From: the human T2T-CHM13v2.0 reference genome, Homo sapiens
Length of the DNA stretch: 64,000 nucleotides
Assembly (NCBI RefSeq): GCF_009914755.1
Contig: NC_060942.1
Strand: one strand, 5' to 3'
Position numbers and translations under genes: made by a program. Below, in pieces: positions 25,969 to 41,224 of the stretch. The notes beneath the pieces were generated by a model, which was not told where the DNA came from, searched no databases, and saw nothing but the letters and a program-made list of their open reading frames with translations. Within the stretch, counting starts at the first letter, position 1; each line of letters starts with the position of its first letter.

Positions 25969-26797
25969 CAAATGTGTGTGTATATATATATACACACACA
26001 CATATACACACACATATATATATACACACACACATATATACACACACATATACACACACATATATATACACACATACACATATATATACACACATATATA
26101 TATACACACACATATATACACACACATATATATACACACACATATATACACACACATATACACACATATATATATACACACATACACATATATACACACA
26201 CATATATATACACACACATATATACACACACATATATATACACACACACATATATATACACACACACATATATACACACACATATACACACACACATATA
26301 TATACACACATACACATATATATACACACACATATATATATACACACACATATATACACACACATATATACACACACACATATACACACATATATATACA
26401 CACATACACATATATATACACACACACATATATACACACACACATATATACACACACATATATACACACACATATATATACACACACATATATACACACA
26501 CACATATACACACATATATATACACACATACACATATATATACACACACACATATATACACACACACATATATACACACACATATATACACACACATATA
26601 TATACACACATACACATATATATACACACACATATATATACACACACATATATACACACACATATATATACACACACACATATATATACACACACACATA
26701 TATACACATACACATATACACACATATATATACACACATAAACATATATATATACACACACATATATATATATACACACACACACATATATATATAT
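25935..26797. repeat. ~860-bp compound (TA)n(CA)n microsatellite/VNTR, followed by (GA)n to ~26830
   Basis: Directly visible; near-continuous purine/pyrimidine alternation. Confidence 0.97.
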
Positions 26798-27609
26798 GAG
26801 TGTTTTAGACAGAGACAGAGAGAGAGAGAGAAATTCATTTTCCTTAGGCTAGAAACCCAATCAAATCAAACAGATAAAGGGTACAAAGTGATTGTACAGG
26901 ATTCCACAAAGCTCTACTCAGCTCCATCTTCCAAGGTTTATGTAATAGATGAACAATTACAAAAGGTTAATGCATTTCAAAACCCTCCTTTCCCCTCCCA
27001 CCTGGGAGACAGCAGATTAAGTCAGGATGTCACAGAACCAGATGTTCTAGTCTCTCTCCATGATGACATTTACAGACATTTGAGTTAAAACTCCAATGCA
27101 ATCCGAGTACTGGAATAATAGAAAATTGGGTGACTGCTTGTTTGATTGTTGTCTTTTTTAAAAGGCCAAATTCAGTAAGTTTAAAACATCTTTCCAATTT
27201 TTAGCTGCTAAAAATAAGCTTGGAGTTAGTATTATATTTGAGTACAGTAATTTAAAGAAGGATACTTAAACTTGCCTTAATAACCTAAAACTTTAGAAAG
27301 GTCATTGTGGTAAAGGAATCATTTAGGCATTCATAAAAGCATAAAGTACAAAATATTCTCTGGCATGGAGAGCCTTATTTCCAAAGCTAAAATTTAAAAT
27401 CTGATGTGCTTCCTCAGCAAAATGTTTGGAACAAGAGTGAATGAGATAGGGCAAGAAGGGTAGAGTATGAAAAATGATGTTTCTAGAAGGTTCTAAGTCT
27501 ATAAAAGAAACCACAAACTCAGTGTCACATAGCTGCTGGCAAGGAATACATTCTTGAAATTGAAGAGGGAGGTTTAGTGAACAAATATATGGAGACGGAA
27601 GTCCCAAGT

Positions 27610-27810
27610 CATTATAGTCTAGTCAGACCATTTTTAGAGTTATTTTCTTCTTTAATCTTGGAGGCAACATTTTAAGAGGCATTGACAACTAGGGGGCAAG
27701 AAGTATGGCAAAAGCAGATCATTGCCTTGTTTGAAACATGGTTGGAAAACCCAGGCAGTTTGACTTGGAGAAGAGAAGATGGGTGGGGAGGGGTGGGCAT
27801 GATGCAGGGA
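27610..27810 (+). mobile_element. L3/CR1 fragment
   Basis: CAACATTTTAAGAGGCATTGACAACTAG...GACTTGGAGAAGAGAAGAT resembles the 3' RT region of L3. Confidence 0.5.
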
Positions 27811-27959
27811 TTGAGCAGAAAAAGCACTAAAAGATTCTTTACTTCTAAGTAATATGGATTTTGAAATAATTTACAGAAGCAAGAAGGAGAGGAGAGGCTT
27901 TGTCCATATGTATCATAAAATCAAAACTGGGAGAATCGCTGATGTTGCAATAATGTAGA

Positions 27960-28200
27960 GTGTAGTAGGGGGATTAAGAGCATGGCCTTCAGTTCCTGGC
28001 TGCCTAGGTTTGATTTTCAGCTTGGCCACTTAGGTCTCTGCAATTCTGGGAACATTAATCCTCTCTTTGGGGCACACTTTCTGTAAAATAGAATGAATGT
28101 AGTAGTGCCTGCCTTCAAATGATTTTCTAAGCATATGTTAAGGAAATGGTCTGATACATATAAAGTACTTGGAGCAGTGCCTGACCTACAGAGGCTGTGT
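27960..28200 (+). mobile_element. MIR
   Basis: TTAAGAGCATGG...CTGCCTAGGTTTGATTTTCAGCTTGGCCACTTA...TAAAGTACTTGGAGCAGTGCCTGAC. Confidence 0.65.
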
Positions 28201-28639
28201 GATACATAGGAACCCCTAGCATCAGCTCCAGACCATTGAAAAATGGTCTGGCCAGGAGAGCTGTTGCCAAAGAAATGAACAAGTGTGAATGCTCATGGGT
28301 CAAGGTGGCTGTAGCAACTGTAGTAATTTAATTAATATTTCCTTAGAGTAAAGAAGAATTCTTGGAGGTGCTTGAAAATAGTTATTCTTCCAGGACTAGC
28401 CCAGTCAGACAGTAGCAGGCTCCAGAGGAAAAACTAGCATAAAGCCTTCCAAAATTTATTTCTTCCCCTTACAACTTTTTATTGTGGTCTTAAGAACCCC
28501 AAACTGTGAATGTAGAGAATGGGTTGAGTTTGTCCCTAAGCCACAAGAAGTTGCTAAATGCTTGTCTTTAGAGTTCTCTTTGTTTATAACCTGAACTAAA
28601 AAAAAAAAAAAAAATCCCCAGTAAATCCATCTGCGTGTT

Positions 28640-28860
28640 TCCCTGTTCCCACCTACCTACAGGAGTGAGAAAGTGTGGGAATCATAAAAGAAGGCAGAAC
28701 CAAAAGACAGAGGGATCTTGGGCCATGAGTCACAGCAAGGAAAGCCTCCCACCAAACATCTGCACTGGACTCCTACAGGAACAAGAAATGAACTATCGTG
28801 TTCAGCCCCTGAGACTTGGGCTTAACATGATTTTCACATTGTCTACCCTACCTAATAGAG
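28640..28860 (+). mobile_element. Old MLT1/ERVL-type LTR 3' fragment
   Basis: TGGACTCC...AGAAATGAACTATCGTGTTCAGCCCCTGAGACTTGGG...CCTAATAGA. Confidence 0.4.
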
Positions 28861-29049
28861 CAGAGATGTAAATATTATTCTTATTTTAGAGGTAAGTACT
28901 AACTCTATTCTTATTTTGGGGTGTGGATATAAGACTCAGAGGATCCCAGACATTTTTTACTCCAATTCCATTCTCTTGCTGCAACGAGTGTTTTGAAAAG
29001 CTGCAATCAAATAGTAATAGCAGATAATAACTTAGAGCTACAAAATACA

Positions 29050-29245
29050 AAGCACTGTTCTTAGTGCCATATATTTCACACATTGTTTATATCCTTAGAT
29101 ACATGCAGAAAGTAAGCACTGCGATTATTCCCATTTAACAGGTGAGAAAGTTAATACATGGAAATATAAAATAATTTACCCAAAACCACCATTTATGTAG
29201 GTGCTGGAGCCAAGATTATAACCCATGAACCCGATTCTGACTAAA
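29050..29245 (-). mobile_element. MIR
   Basis: ATTATTCCCATTTAACAGGTGAGAAAG...ATAATTTACCCAAAACCAC...GCTGGAGCCAAGATT. Confidence 0.6.
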
Positions 29246-29534
29246 TGTATAACCAACATGCACTCCAACTTCCAGAAAATAGGGGATTTCACTTCAATAA
29301 TGGACTTATGCTTTATGGGGAGCTAATCAGCATGGAGAAAGGGCAGTGGTGAAAATTATAACAGCCTGTGCTATGTGTCTCCTGATTTTGATTTTGTTCG
29401 ATGTTTAGTGTTTCTATGTAGTAATTAAGATTATGTGAGGACTTTGCAAAAGATCTGTCCATTTCCAGTAAGCAAAGGACCATTGCAGACATGAATGCAG
29501 GGGTTTGAATGACATGCAGCATCAGTTGACTTAC

Positions 29535-29720
29535 CTGCTAGTATGTGGTCTTGGCAAAAGATATATTATCATCTTGTTAATCCCATTACAGGTGTGATGC
29601 CTCAGCTGCAATGGGTGAGAACTACTCCTCATTTATTCTCTTCCAAGGCAATAAAAGAGAATGGACCAAAGACAGTCTGTCATCACATCTAGTCAAAAGA
29701 GCTAATGTCGCAGTACAACT
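29535..29720 (-). ncRNA. Candidate 186-nt internal exon of a non-coding transcript
   Basis: On the - strand, a long AG-free polypyrimidine tract ends TTTTGAAG| (AG at 29722-21) and a consensus donor CAG|GTAAGT follows (GT at 29534-33); stops in all three frames. No transcript evidence available. Confidence 0.35.
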
Positions 29721-29879
29721 CTTCAAAAGAAAAAGAAAAAACAAGAAAAAAGTAATAAACAGATGTGTTCTGCTTGATTGTTTGACTCCTTTTTCTTGTG
29801 TTTTCCTCTGGAATTTCCCTGTAGCTAAAGGCCTTTGATATTCTATGTCTACAAGATGATGGCATCGGTGGTAGTGATG

Positions 29880-30010
29880 GTTTCTTCTTTTTCTCTTTTT
29901 CCTTCTCCTTCTCCTCCTTTTTTTCTTTTCCTCTTCTTTCCTCCTCCCTTCCCTATTCTCCTTCGTCTTCCTTTCTTTTCTCCGTCTCCCCTTCCTCTTT
30001 CATCTCCTCT
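29880..30010. repeat. CT-rich low-complexity tract
   Basis: Directly visible. Confidence 0.85.
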
Positions 30011-30085
30011 TATTATTATTATACTTTGTTCTTGATCTAAAACAGCACTGTATTAGATGCCAAATCTTTAGAAATTAGAAGTTCT

Positions 30086-30438
<353 letters not shown>

Positions 30439-33192
30439 TTAAATTACCTGAACCTCAGTTTCCTCAGTTGTAATTAAATAACTGTTAATTAATTCAATCT
30501 AGTTCACTCTATCAAGAGTATCATAAATAATAACTATAATTTTAAAAGGTATTGAATTTACATACACTTAGTTTTAGTGAAAAAAATATTAGCTGTTACC
30601 ATTATTGTCATTTCAAGCTAATCACTGTATTAGAACACACCATCATCCTTTAAAAGTGCCCAATGGCCCATCTGAAATGGTCATCTATCTATCTATCCAT
30701 CCATCTATCATCTGTCAAATATATATATTTTTTAATTTTAAGAAGCAGGCAGCCTCCTGAGCCAGAGTTGGCTAAGAGAGACTCTCTCCAATTCTTGTAA
30801 CTTAACTTTTCTCATTCTTTTTTTGATCTTATTATTAAATTTTCACAGATTAAAGAACACAGACATCTTACTTATCTCCAATCTCACAATATACATTTGT
30901 ACTAACCACTTGGCACTGTGTGATACACATAATATTCTGTTTTGATTTTTGAATTGCCACAAAAATTTGATATGTATTTAAATTGAGGGATATTGAATTT
31001 TATTTAAATTTGGTTGATATAAGCTTCTTCAGAGCAGGGATACCTTTTTATATCCACAATAATATCATGGACAGGGCTTTGTATATAGTGTCTCTCCAAA
31101 AAATGTCTAGTTATTAATGGTGGCCAAATTACCCAGTGTTGACAATTTCATACCCCAGCAAATGCTGCAGTTGGTTGATGTTTATGACTTTAATCAGGAG
31201 TCTTCTCTATTTCTGCAAGAAGGATATTTTGAGAGGGTAACAAGTGAACTCAATCACAAGCCTACTGGTGCTTATTATAATTTTCATTCTTTATGTAGAA
31301 CTTCCTGGAACTCCTGAGTATTTCCAGAGATGTCCAGTTATGTTATACTCTTTGATGAAGATGACTGAGGGTTGAGGAAATGAGGCTTTCCAAGAGGTTC
31401 TGGCAATGAGATTTACCATCAATCTGCTGGCACCCACCTAATTATAGCTTGGCCATGTCTTTCCTTCTCATTTATCCCCTGTGATTATAACAGGGTAAAA
31501 CAACAAAGAATTCTGTACTGTCAGCCACAGGAAGTAAAAATGGAGCATAAATGTTTTTCATCTGCCAAGTAAGTATTTTTATTCCATGGGCATAGTGTTT
31601 TTGTATTTAAAATGACAGATCCTGTCACAAAGGGTCTTAATATTATATTGAAAAGATATCTGTATTACAGCAGAGGTTAAAAAACTCATTTATTTATAAG
31701 ACTCTCAGGTCCTGGAGAGGTCTTCTGCCTCTTTCTCCCTGCAGACAGTTAATATCATTGAAAATAAAAAGCTGTTATATTATATGACAAGGCACAGTGG
31801 TATTAAAAACAAACACAGGCTGGCTGGTGCCAGAAATGTGCTCCAATGCTGGTAAACTGTTGGCTCTAATTGGAAAAAAAGTAGGTGTGGGGATTTTTGT
31901 TTTGTTTTGTTTATTTCTGTTTTTTTTTTTCCTCCCAGCTATTTTTGCATTTTTCCATGCAGATCTGGCTCATTAAAAAGTTACACAAATAAGTTACATA
32001 AATTAAAGCAGGATTTATTCCATGAGGTTTCCAGGTTAAGAAAAAAATAAAACCACCTAAAGAGTAGATAAAGGATGAGAACCGATCATGCAGCCAGCTG
32101 GAGGGATGGCATGTCTTTAGAAGGCTATGGAAAAGCTCACAATTTTAGAAAGGCAAGGGGCAATAAACCAAAAGTGCTGACTAAAATAAAAAGGGAGGGC
32201 TACTCACTCCTCTGCAGCCAGTGTGGCCTTTTATTACCTTTATCCCTGAAGCTTTGGAGCTTAGCTGAAAAGTAAGCGGGCTCAGGAACTGACACACTGT
32301 ACTTTTTGAACACAAGGTCCATCAGTGTGATGCAGAAGCATTTTCACCTCACATCAGACACCTACTAGGGGTTCCTCCACAGGACTCCACAGATGTTACA
32401 ACTGAGCAACCAGCTCACCAAATGAGGCCAATGGCAGCTGGTCCTGTTGAAGTAAAGACCATGGAGTAAATGGGCCTCAGGAACTGAGTAGGGCTAGGAC
32501 CCACTGCCATAGACTAGTAGGTTATTGTATGAGTCACCTGAAAGCACATTAGTAAACCTGTCCAGAAGAAAAAGAATGCAAAGCCGAAGTGCAATTCAGT
32601 GAAAAAGTAGCCTCACTATTCTACCCAAGAATACCAGCTAGTAGGAGAAAAGGGTATGCCTGATCCCTTATGAAAAAATTACATTTAACTTTTCTTCTCT
32701 AAGCCAAGATTCATAACAGGTGAAGAAGAAACAGCTGGAGTGTGGTGATAATTTAATTTTTAATTTGTCTTCTCTGCTCTAGGCATTCTTCAACTCAAAG
32801 CAATGTTTTCAGCTTTGTTCATTCTGTTTTTTTATGTTTGAAGGAAAACCAACTTTGATCAAGGATTTTTATCAGTCAAGACCACAGACCAACTTCGATC
32901 AGTTCATTCAGCAAGGATTTACCTAATACTGCTGTGGATAGGGTATTGCACAAAGACTATGGGGAATCCACAGCCCTTATCCTTAGAGAACCCACTATCG
33001 AGGAGGGAAAATAGGATATACATAGAAGAGTCTCAAAAGCAGTGCCATTGAAGGGATACACAGAACCAAAACAGTGTGAGAGATGGACAGACACACAGTT
33101 TTACTTAAAATATAATTATGCTTGTGTTGGATAATTATCTTAAAAAGTTTCAAGCATATCTATTCTTTTGAATGCCAACCTAGTTATCAATG

Positions 33193-33536
33193 CAGTTTTC
33201 CTTGATATCTGGGAGGTTTGGTTTCAGGATCGCTGGCAGATATCAAAATCTGCGAATGCTCACGTTCCTTATATAAAATGGCATAGTATTTGTATATAGC
33301 CTATGCGCATCCTCCCATACACATTAAATCATCTCTAGATGACTTCTCATACCTAATAGAATGTAAATGCTATGTGAATAGTTGTTATACTGCATTGTTT
33401 AGGGAATTATTATAAAGAAAAAAGTCAGTACGTAGTCGGTACAGACACAACCATCCATGTTTTTTTAGCGAATATTTTTGAGGCAAGGTTGATTTAATCC
33501 TTGAATGCAGAACTTACACATAGGGAAGACAGACTG
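33193..33536. mobile_element. MER2 (TcMar-Tigger MITE)
   Basis: CAGT...GGTTTCAGGA...CAAAATCTGCGAATGCTCA..TCCTTATATAAAATGGCATAGTATTTG...GACTG TA. Confidence 0.85.
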
Positions 33537-34559
33537 TATGTACTAACGTAAGACAAGCATTTTTTTTTCTAATTCTAAAGAGAAATTGATACGTAAATGA
33601 GCTTTGTTTATTTAGAAAATTTGGGCATGAGAGACAATGCTTATTAATCTAATCAGTCTAAACTTTATTCTATAAACTTCGGTAATATTTCCTCAAAGCA
33701 CAGTGTTAAAAAAAAAACCTGTCACAGAAAAGGTGTGAAATATGTTTATTTTCAGAGATCTGAGATGATGATACTAGGCCAGACCTCAGACCATTCACAG
33801 TTAACTAGCTGGTATTATGGAGGAGGGAGATAGAATTAACACAGGATTTGTGGGTTAGACTGTGATGAAACTGTTTCTAAAAGCTTCCCTTCATTAGTCT
33901 TTTTGACCATAAAGAGATTTCTTGAGGTCATACATGTGTGTTTACATATCACTTAGAATCTGAATTACTGATAAGTAATAAGTGATACAGAAGGCTTCTT
34001 CCACAATTTCATGTGCTATTTTTTTTTTTGGTATTTTCTTCTCTCAATATGACTGCTAATAAAAATCCTTAAAAGAAAACTAGGTCTCTTCTTCCTTCAT
34101 AGTTAAATACTACTGCCAATGTTATTTTTGACATATTTGAGAATGGCTAAACATTGACATTGGACTGTGAACATGCGGCTGAGATGTGAGTTTCTAACTG
34201 GGGGCTTCACTAGCAAGAATTCTAGTTTCCTGTTCAGTTTGCATGAACCTCTTCCTGAAGTAAACTTCCATAACGTTTGTGATATGATATGAATGACATA
34301 TTTTGCTGCTTTTAAAATTTTGTCTCTAGTGGTTTATAACTTTTTTATGTGGAAACCCTACATGGCCAACCTACAAAGGAGAGCCAAAGATTTCTTTCTT
34401 CATATCTCTGTGGGATCTTTTTTGGGAATAAGCCCAAAACAGGTGCTACCTATGTCATTGGAAATAAATAATTGGTCTTACGGAGAGAAGATAGCTCAAA
34501 GGTGGTATGTGCATGGCATGAAGTTATCAGGATGTGGCTTTACTCACAATGGGCTTGAC

Positions 34560-34715
34560 TTTTCAATGCACTCCAACAAGCATTTATGGAGTGCCTATGA
34601 TGTAGAAGGCACTGTGTCATGAATTGTGCCAGGGGTAGGACACAAACACAAAGAAAATTATGTCTCTTACCAACCAGGATTTTCCATTTAATTGGGAAAG
34701 AGCCATACATTAAAA
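34560..34715 (-). mobile_element. L2 3' end
   Basis: CAACAAGCATTTATGGAGTGCCTATGATGTAGAAGGCACTGTG. Confidence 0.55.
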
Positions 34716-36569
34716 CAGCAGAACTATCCCCAAACACATGCAAAGAGAACTATAATTAACACCCAAAGCCATAAAATATTATGGTTGGAGGCAAAGGGAG
34801 ATAAAAATCCCAAAGGGGATAATTTTAGTGAGACAGTCAAAAACTACTAGACAAACACACTTTCTACAAAGTAAAAGTCAACATATAGTGAAAAGGGGGA
34901 GGGGAGAATGTAGGCAACAATTGGTATGATTAGCCTAAATGGTGCTAGAAATCAGTATGTTTGACATATTCTAAAATTTTATTAGTTTTTATTTCACTAT
35001 TTGGTAACTCATAAGCAATGTCATCCATGACTGACTTGGCTATAGAAATATTCTGTGTTTCGACTAATTGCTCTGTCAGGTTTGTTTCCTGGGGATACAG
35101 ACTTCTGTTTTTAATAGTCTATATTTAAGCTATCCCAGAGATGCTATATTGTGTCAAAACAACCTAATAGAATGGTTCACTGCTCTCCAAGAGGCACTCC
35201 CCCCAGGCTTAAATATTCTTTCTGACCACATCTACATATATAAAAATGTTTTTAACATTTAGAATATGCTAATATAGTAAGCAACAGTTCAATCAAGCAA
35301 TGGTCAGAGATCAATCTGACGCAGAGTTCAGATGCTTGAATAACACAGCTGGCAGTTTCATGGTCTTTCTTTCTCTGTTTTAAGTTCCTTTAGAGACCAA
35401 ATGAGATAAATTGCTATTCGGCCCATTGCTTGGGGATAAACATTAAATAGTTTATCTGGGCAACCCAATCACCTCCAGCCAGAGCAGAGAATTGGCCTAA
35501 ATAATGAAGGTGTGTGTCATTCATCTCTTTGTCTGGCTCCTGGTAACCTTGACAGGAATGAGTGGAGACATGCTGATTTGTATACACTCAATAATTCAAG
35601 GTGTTTGCTTATCTTTCCTTGTCAGATGCTGCTCATCCCAAGTCTATGTTACCATCTAATTAGCCATTTTTTTTTACTTTGCTTTTTCACATAGGCTTTC
35701 TTTTTTATTTCATGAATTTAATTTGCAACCAGTCTTGCTGTTATCAAATATCACACTTATTTCATTTGTTAGCATGTTTATTAGTTTTTTATTCATATTC
35801 TCGATATAGCCTCTCCCCCTTTTTGATTCACCCTCAATGTAATAATCAGTTTGATTTTGTTTTCTAAAATATAAATGAAAATCATACTAAAAACATCATT
35901 CCTCAACTGCACTTACTGAAATCACGTGATATATATTTTTGACTCTGAATTCTTTCTCTGGCTTATTTTAATCAGCTTTTCTGGCATTTAGTGCTCTTTA
36001 TAGAATCCTAGGTGCTTGTTTTTTCACTGTTCCAGTTCTTATACGTGAAAATACTAGAGTTGCTTATCAATATTCCTGGCTCTTCTCTTTCTGCGCCATC
36101 AAAGGACTCATCCCTTCCTAAATCTCTGGGCTTGCCATCACCCTGTGATTCTCCTTGACCAATGAACTGTAAGCAGAGATGGTGGAAATATTTAATCACT
36201 TGTATAACACTCCCCTGCATGACACCCTTCTCTGCCTCTATGACCATGAATGCAATGTAAAACTGAGCTATTATATGGAAGATAACTGTCCTGCAGACAG
36301 CAGGATTTGCAGGAAACCCTGGGTGAGTGAAAAATAAGCCTTTACTATTTTAAGCCATTGAAATTTGTGTATTGTTCCTTTTTTTTTGTTTTGTTTTGTT
36401 TTGTTTTTTTTGAGGCAGGGTTTCATTCTTTCTACCAGGCTAGAATGCAATGGCATGATCTTGGCTCACTGCAACCTCTGTCTCCTTGGTTCAAGCAATT
36501 CTCCATCTCAGCCTCCTGAGTAGCTGGGACTACAGGTGTGTGCCACCACGCCTGGCTAATTTTTATAAA

Positions 36570-37463
<894 letters not shown>

Positions 37464-38948
37464 TTATATTTTTATTAGGGATGGGGTTTCACCGTGTTGC
37501 CCATGCTAGTCTCAAACTCCTGAGCTCAGGTGATCCACCTGCCTCGGCCTCCCAAAGTGCTGGAATTACAAGCGTGAGCCACTGCCCCAGGCTGTGTGTT
37601 GTTTCTTATCTCAGCATAGCCTAAGCATAAGTTAGCCTAACATAACCTAATTAATATTCTATATTTGTAAATATTCTGCAAAAGTATTTATTCGGTGGCA
37701 ATCTATCTGTCATAAAAATTATGTGCCCAACATTGTGCAATGCCACAGGAAATATAAGAGAAACTCTCCATCTATGAAGCTTTAACATTCCCAGGAAGAC
37801 AAAGCTAATGGGCACAAAAGAATTCTAGGGCAAGTCAGATGAGTGCGTGACTAAAGAATTAACTTTGGGGTATGGTTTGTAAGTACTATAGGAGCATGAG
37901 GAAGGTAAAAATTCCAAGTGGGATAAAATGGACCAGCAGAGAGCAGGATAGAAGGCATTCCAGGAGATGGAAAAGCGAACGCTAAAGCAAATAAGATGGT
38001 AGGTAAGACAATGTGGCGGGGGAGAAGAATTATCAATGAGAACAGGTGAAAAAGAGACTCCAGTGGACAGGTAAGGGCTCCTAGCCTGATCTTCATTGTT
38101 CTCTATTTCTTTCATGTGGACAACTTTTTTCCTCTAATAAGCTGTGAATAGTTACAGATGAAGAAATAGGCTTTCTTTACTTCATCACCATCAGTACTCC
38201 TGTTTCCAAAATGGTTCTGTTTCTGTAGGGCCAGTCATTCTGAAATCTGAACTCAAAAGAGTCCAGAGATCCTACAAGTATTAAAAGGGTAGATCTAAGC
38301 CCTATGTACAAAAAGTTCATCAGATGTGCCTTCTGCCTCCTAGGAACTTAAAGTCTAAGCAGAAAACTGTGCACACAAATGTCATGCCAACCATGAAAAG
38401 TCATATACCAAACGTGAATTGCATTTTTGGATCCTCACTAGTAACCAAACCCACCACCCAGCGTTCCAGGGAGGCATCCCACCTCCCACCCTGCCTGCTG
38501 CATGCTGCTACCTTTCCAGCTATCCCTTCTGAGAGCTTAGGATCTGATATAACACCTCCTTAGTTTGGATTCTTCACTTTTGAAATCTAAGACTATTTTC
38601 TCTACAACCTGGTGACCTTTCTGACATCAGCAACATTAAACCTCAGAAAACAATTAACTAAAAATCTACCATAGTTATAACATTGGCAGTCTTAGATGAC
38701 TTTGAGTTTTATTTCTTACTTTTCTTTAAAAATTGCCTTCAAAACTATAGAAAGTAACTCTAGAAATGTGCTTTCTTTTTCATGTTGTATAGCATTGTAA
38801 TTGTATACACAGTTGTTAAGACCAGTTCATTCAGCCTTTAAAAAAAAATGAAAAATCAGGGAAATTTCAGCACATAGACAGGCCTCACAACGGATCACTG
38901 AGAGTAGCAGATGTTATGTCTTCTAGTCCTTTCCATGTATATTTTTTA

Positions 38949-39284
<336 letters not shown>

Positions 39285-41224
39285 TCAAGGTGTATAGCTT
39301 TTGGTCCCTTCTCATTCATCTATTTTAGAATAATTAATACTTTTGGAGAATATTTGCTTTCTCTTTCAGAAGCAGTCTCATTATAGTCTTTAAAATAAAT
39401 GCTGGAATGTGATTGGGGGCTGTAAGTGGCACCTAAGTTCCCATTCTTCCTTAAGTACATCCCTCCTAAGGGCCACCATGATTTAATCTGATGGTCCCAC
39501 TGAGTGGAAATGATTGGCTCCTCACGGTCTTTTTTCTATTTCTCACTTTAATTACTCCCCACCCCGACATACACACCTCCTGTGCATGTGTTTAAACTCA
39601 CATATACTAGAAAGAAAATAAGCAATCTTTGACCTCTACTAAAGCTGTCTTTAATTGGACTGATGTTTTTGCCTGTCCAGGATTCAGGGCCTCAAAATTC
39701 CCTAGAAGCCCTAACTTTGTTTTGCAAGATGCTTTTGACCAGCTGGACACAGTCTCACCATTTGATCCAAACCAATGACCTAAGTCCCCAGTGCTCCATC
39801 TATTAGACCTGCATAATCATCCAGCTTAGCTGTGCATTGTCCATTTTAATTAAGGGTGTGCTACACCCATTAGAGAAAGTTTATGAGCCAGAGACTGAAC
39901 TTATTTGTGCATGTTCCAATCCCACAAGTGGAGCTTTAGTACCTCCAAAAGAGTAAGAATAATAATAAAAATAACAATAATAATAATGAAGGCTGTGTCT
40001 CCTTGAATACCAACCTCCTGCTAAGTGCCCTTTCTCTGTTTGAATTTCTTGCTAATTCAATGCCATTAAAATAGAATCTTAAAGACTCTGTTCTGTCAAA
40101 CACAAAAAAGAGAGATATATAGAGTGTGGGATTTAATTATCACTGCTCTATATCTCCAAATGTGAGTTTTTCTGAGTAATAATTGCCCAAGTTTGTCTTC
40201 AAAAGGCATTTTAATAGTGCTAATACTAGTAAATATTGCTCATTTTGATACTGATGTGCCGTTTTAATGGTTCCCATGGTTTCTAAAAGTCATTTCTTAT
40301 CGTTTTACTGTAGAAAGAATCTTACTTTAATTATGTCATAATTGTTTGGAAGCCATAGAATCTTAATTAATGCCAATGGCTTCAAGGCACAAACCAAATG
40401 TAGAGTTTATATTCATGTTTGTTTCTTCATCTCTTTCTCCCCGAGAAGACACTCCCCATGAGCTTTTTCAAACTACCTTCATAGATGTTTTAAAGATTCT
40501 GGTGATGTCATTCCTTTATTTTTCTAAGTCAGATTTTCTCAGTGTCACCTCAGAATTTAAAGGTTAATATGAAATCAACATTCAATCTTCACGGGGAAAC
40601 CTTTATCTCAAGAATACAGTTGTTCACTCTCCTGGTAAAAACAGAAACCTCCAATTGCTCCCTAGAGTGAATGGGATGAACTCCAAATGTCTTCCCTCAG
40701 AATCCCAGAACTGCTGCCAGCCAGCAGGGCTTTCTCCTCCTAAAAAACCACCTCCAGCAGACACACCCCCAACTTGTTCTATTGATTCTTTCCTATCAAC
40801 ATGGCTGCGCACTTTCCTCCTTCTACCAGAGTCCTAGCATGGCCCATTTCCAGTCTCAGAACCTCTCTTGTCACATCATCCCATGCAAGCACAGAGAACT
40901 ATACTCCATTCCCCTGGCTGCAGGAGTCAGAGATTGACTTCATTTACATTCATGGCTCTTTTATCTCTTAAAATAACTTTACAGAAAAGACCACGTCCTT
41001 AGAGCCTTTGGGTTTTTCATGGTGTTTTGCATAAGGCCTTGCTTGAAGCAGATATTCGTTAAATATTGATTTAGTGATTGCCTATGGACTTTCTCCTAAG
41101 GATCTAGCAAGGTTTCAAAGCTATACCTGGAAAATAAATATATCCTTGTTTTGTATTAAAGAATCCGCATAGGAGTTCATTCTCCTAGAAGCAGAGAGCT
41201 AGAATTGACTTTGAGAGAGTATAT

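Noticed and set aside
25837-27088. Six long ORFs (255-370 aa) rich in Y/I/H/T or C/V/Y/M
   Set aside because: Translation artefacts of the (TA/CA) microsatellite, which lacks stop codons; no coding signal
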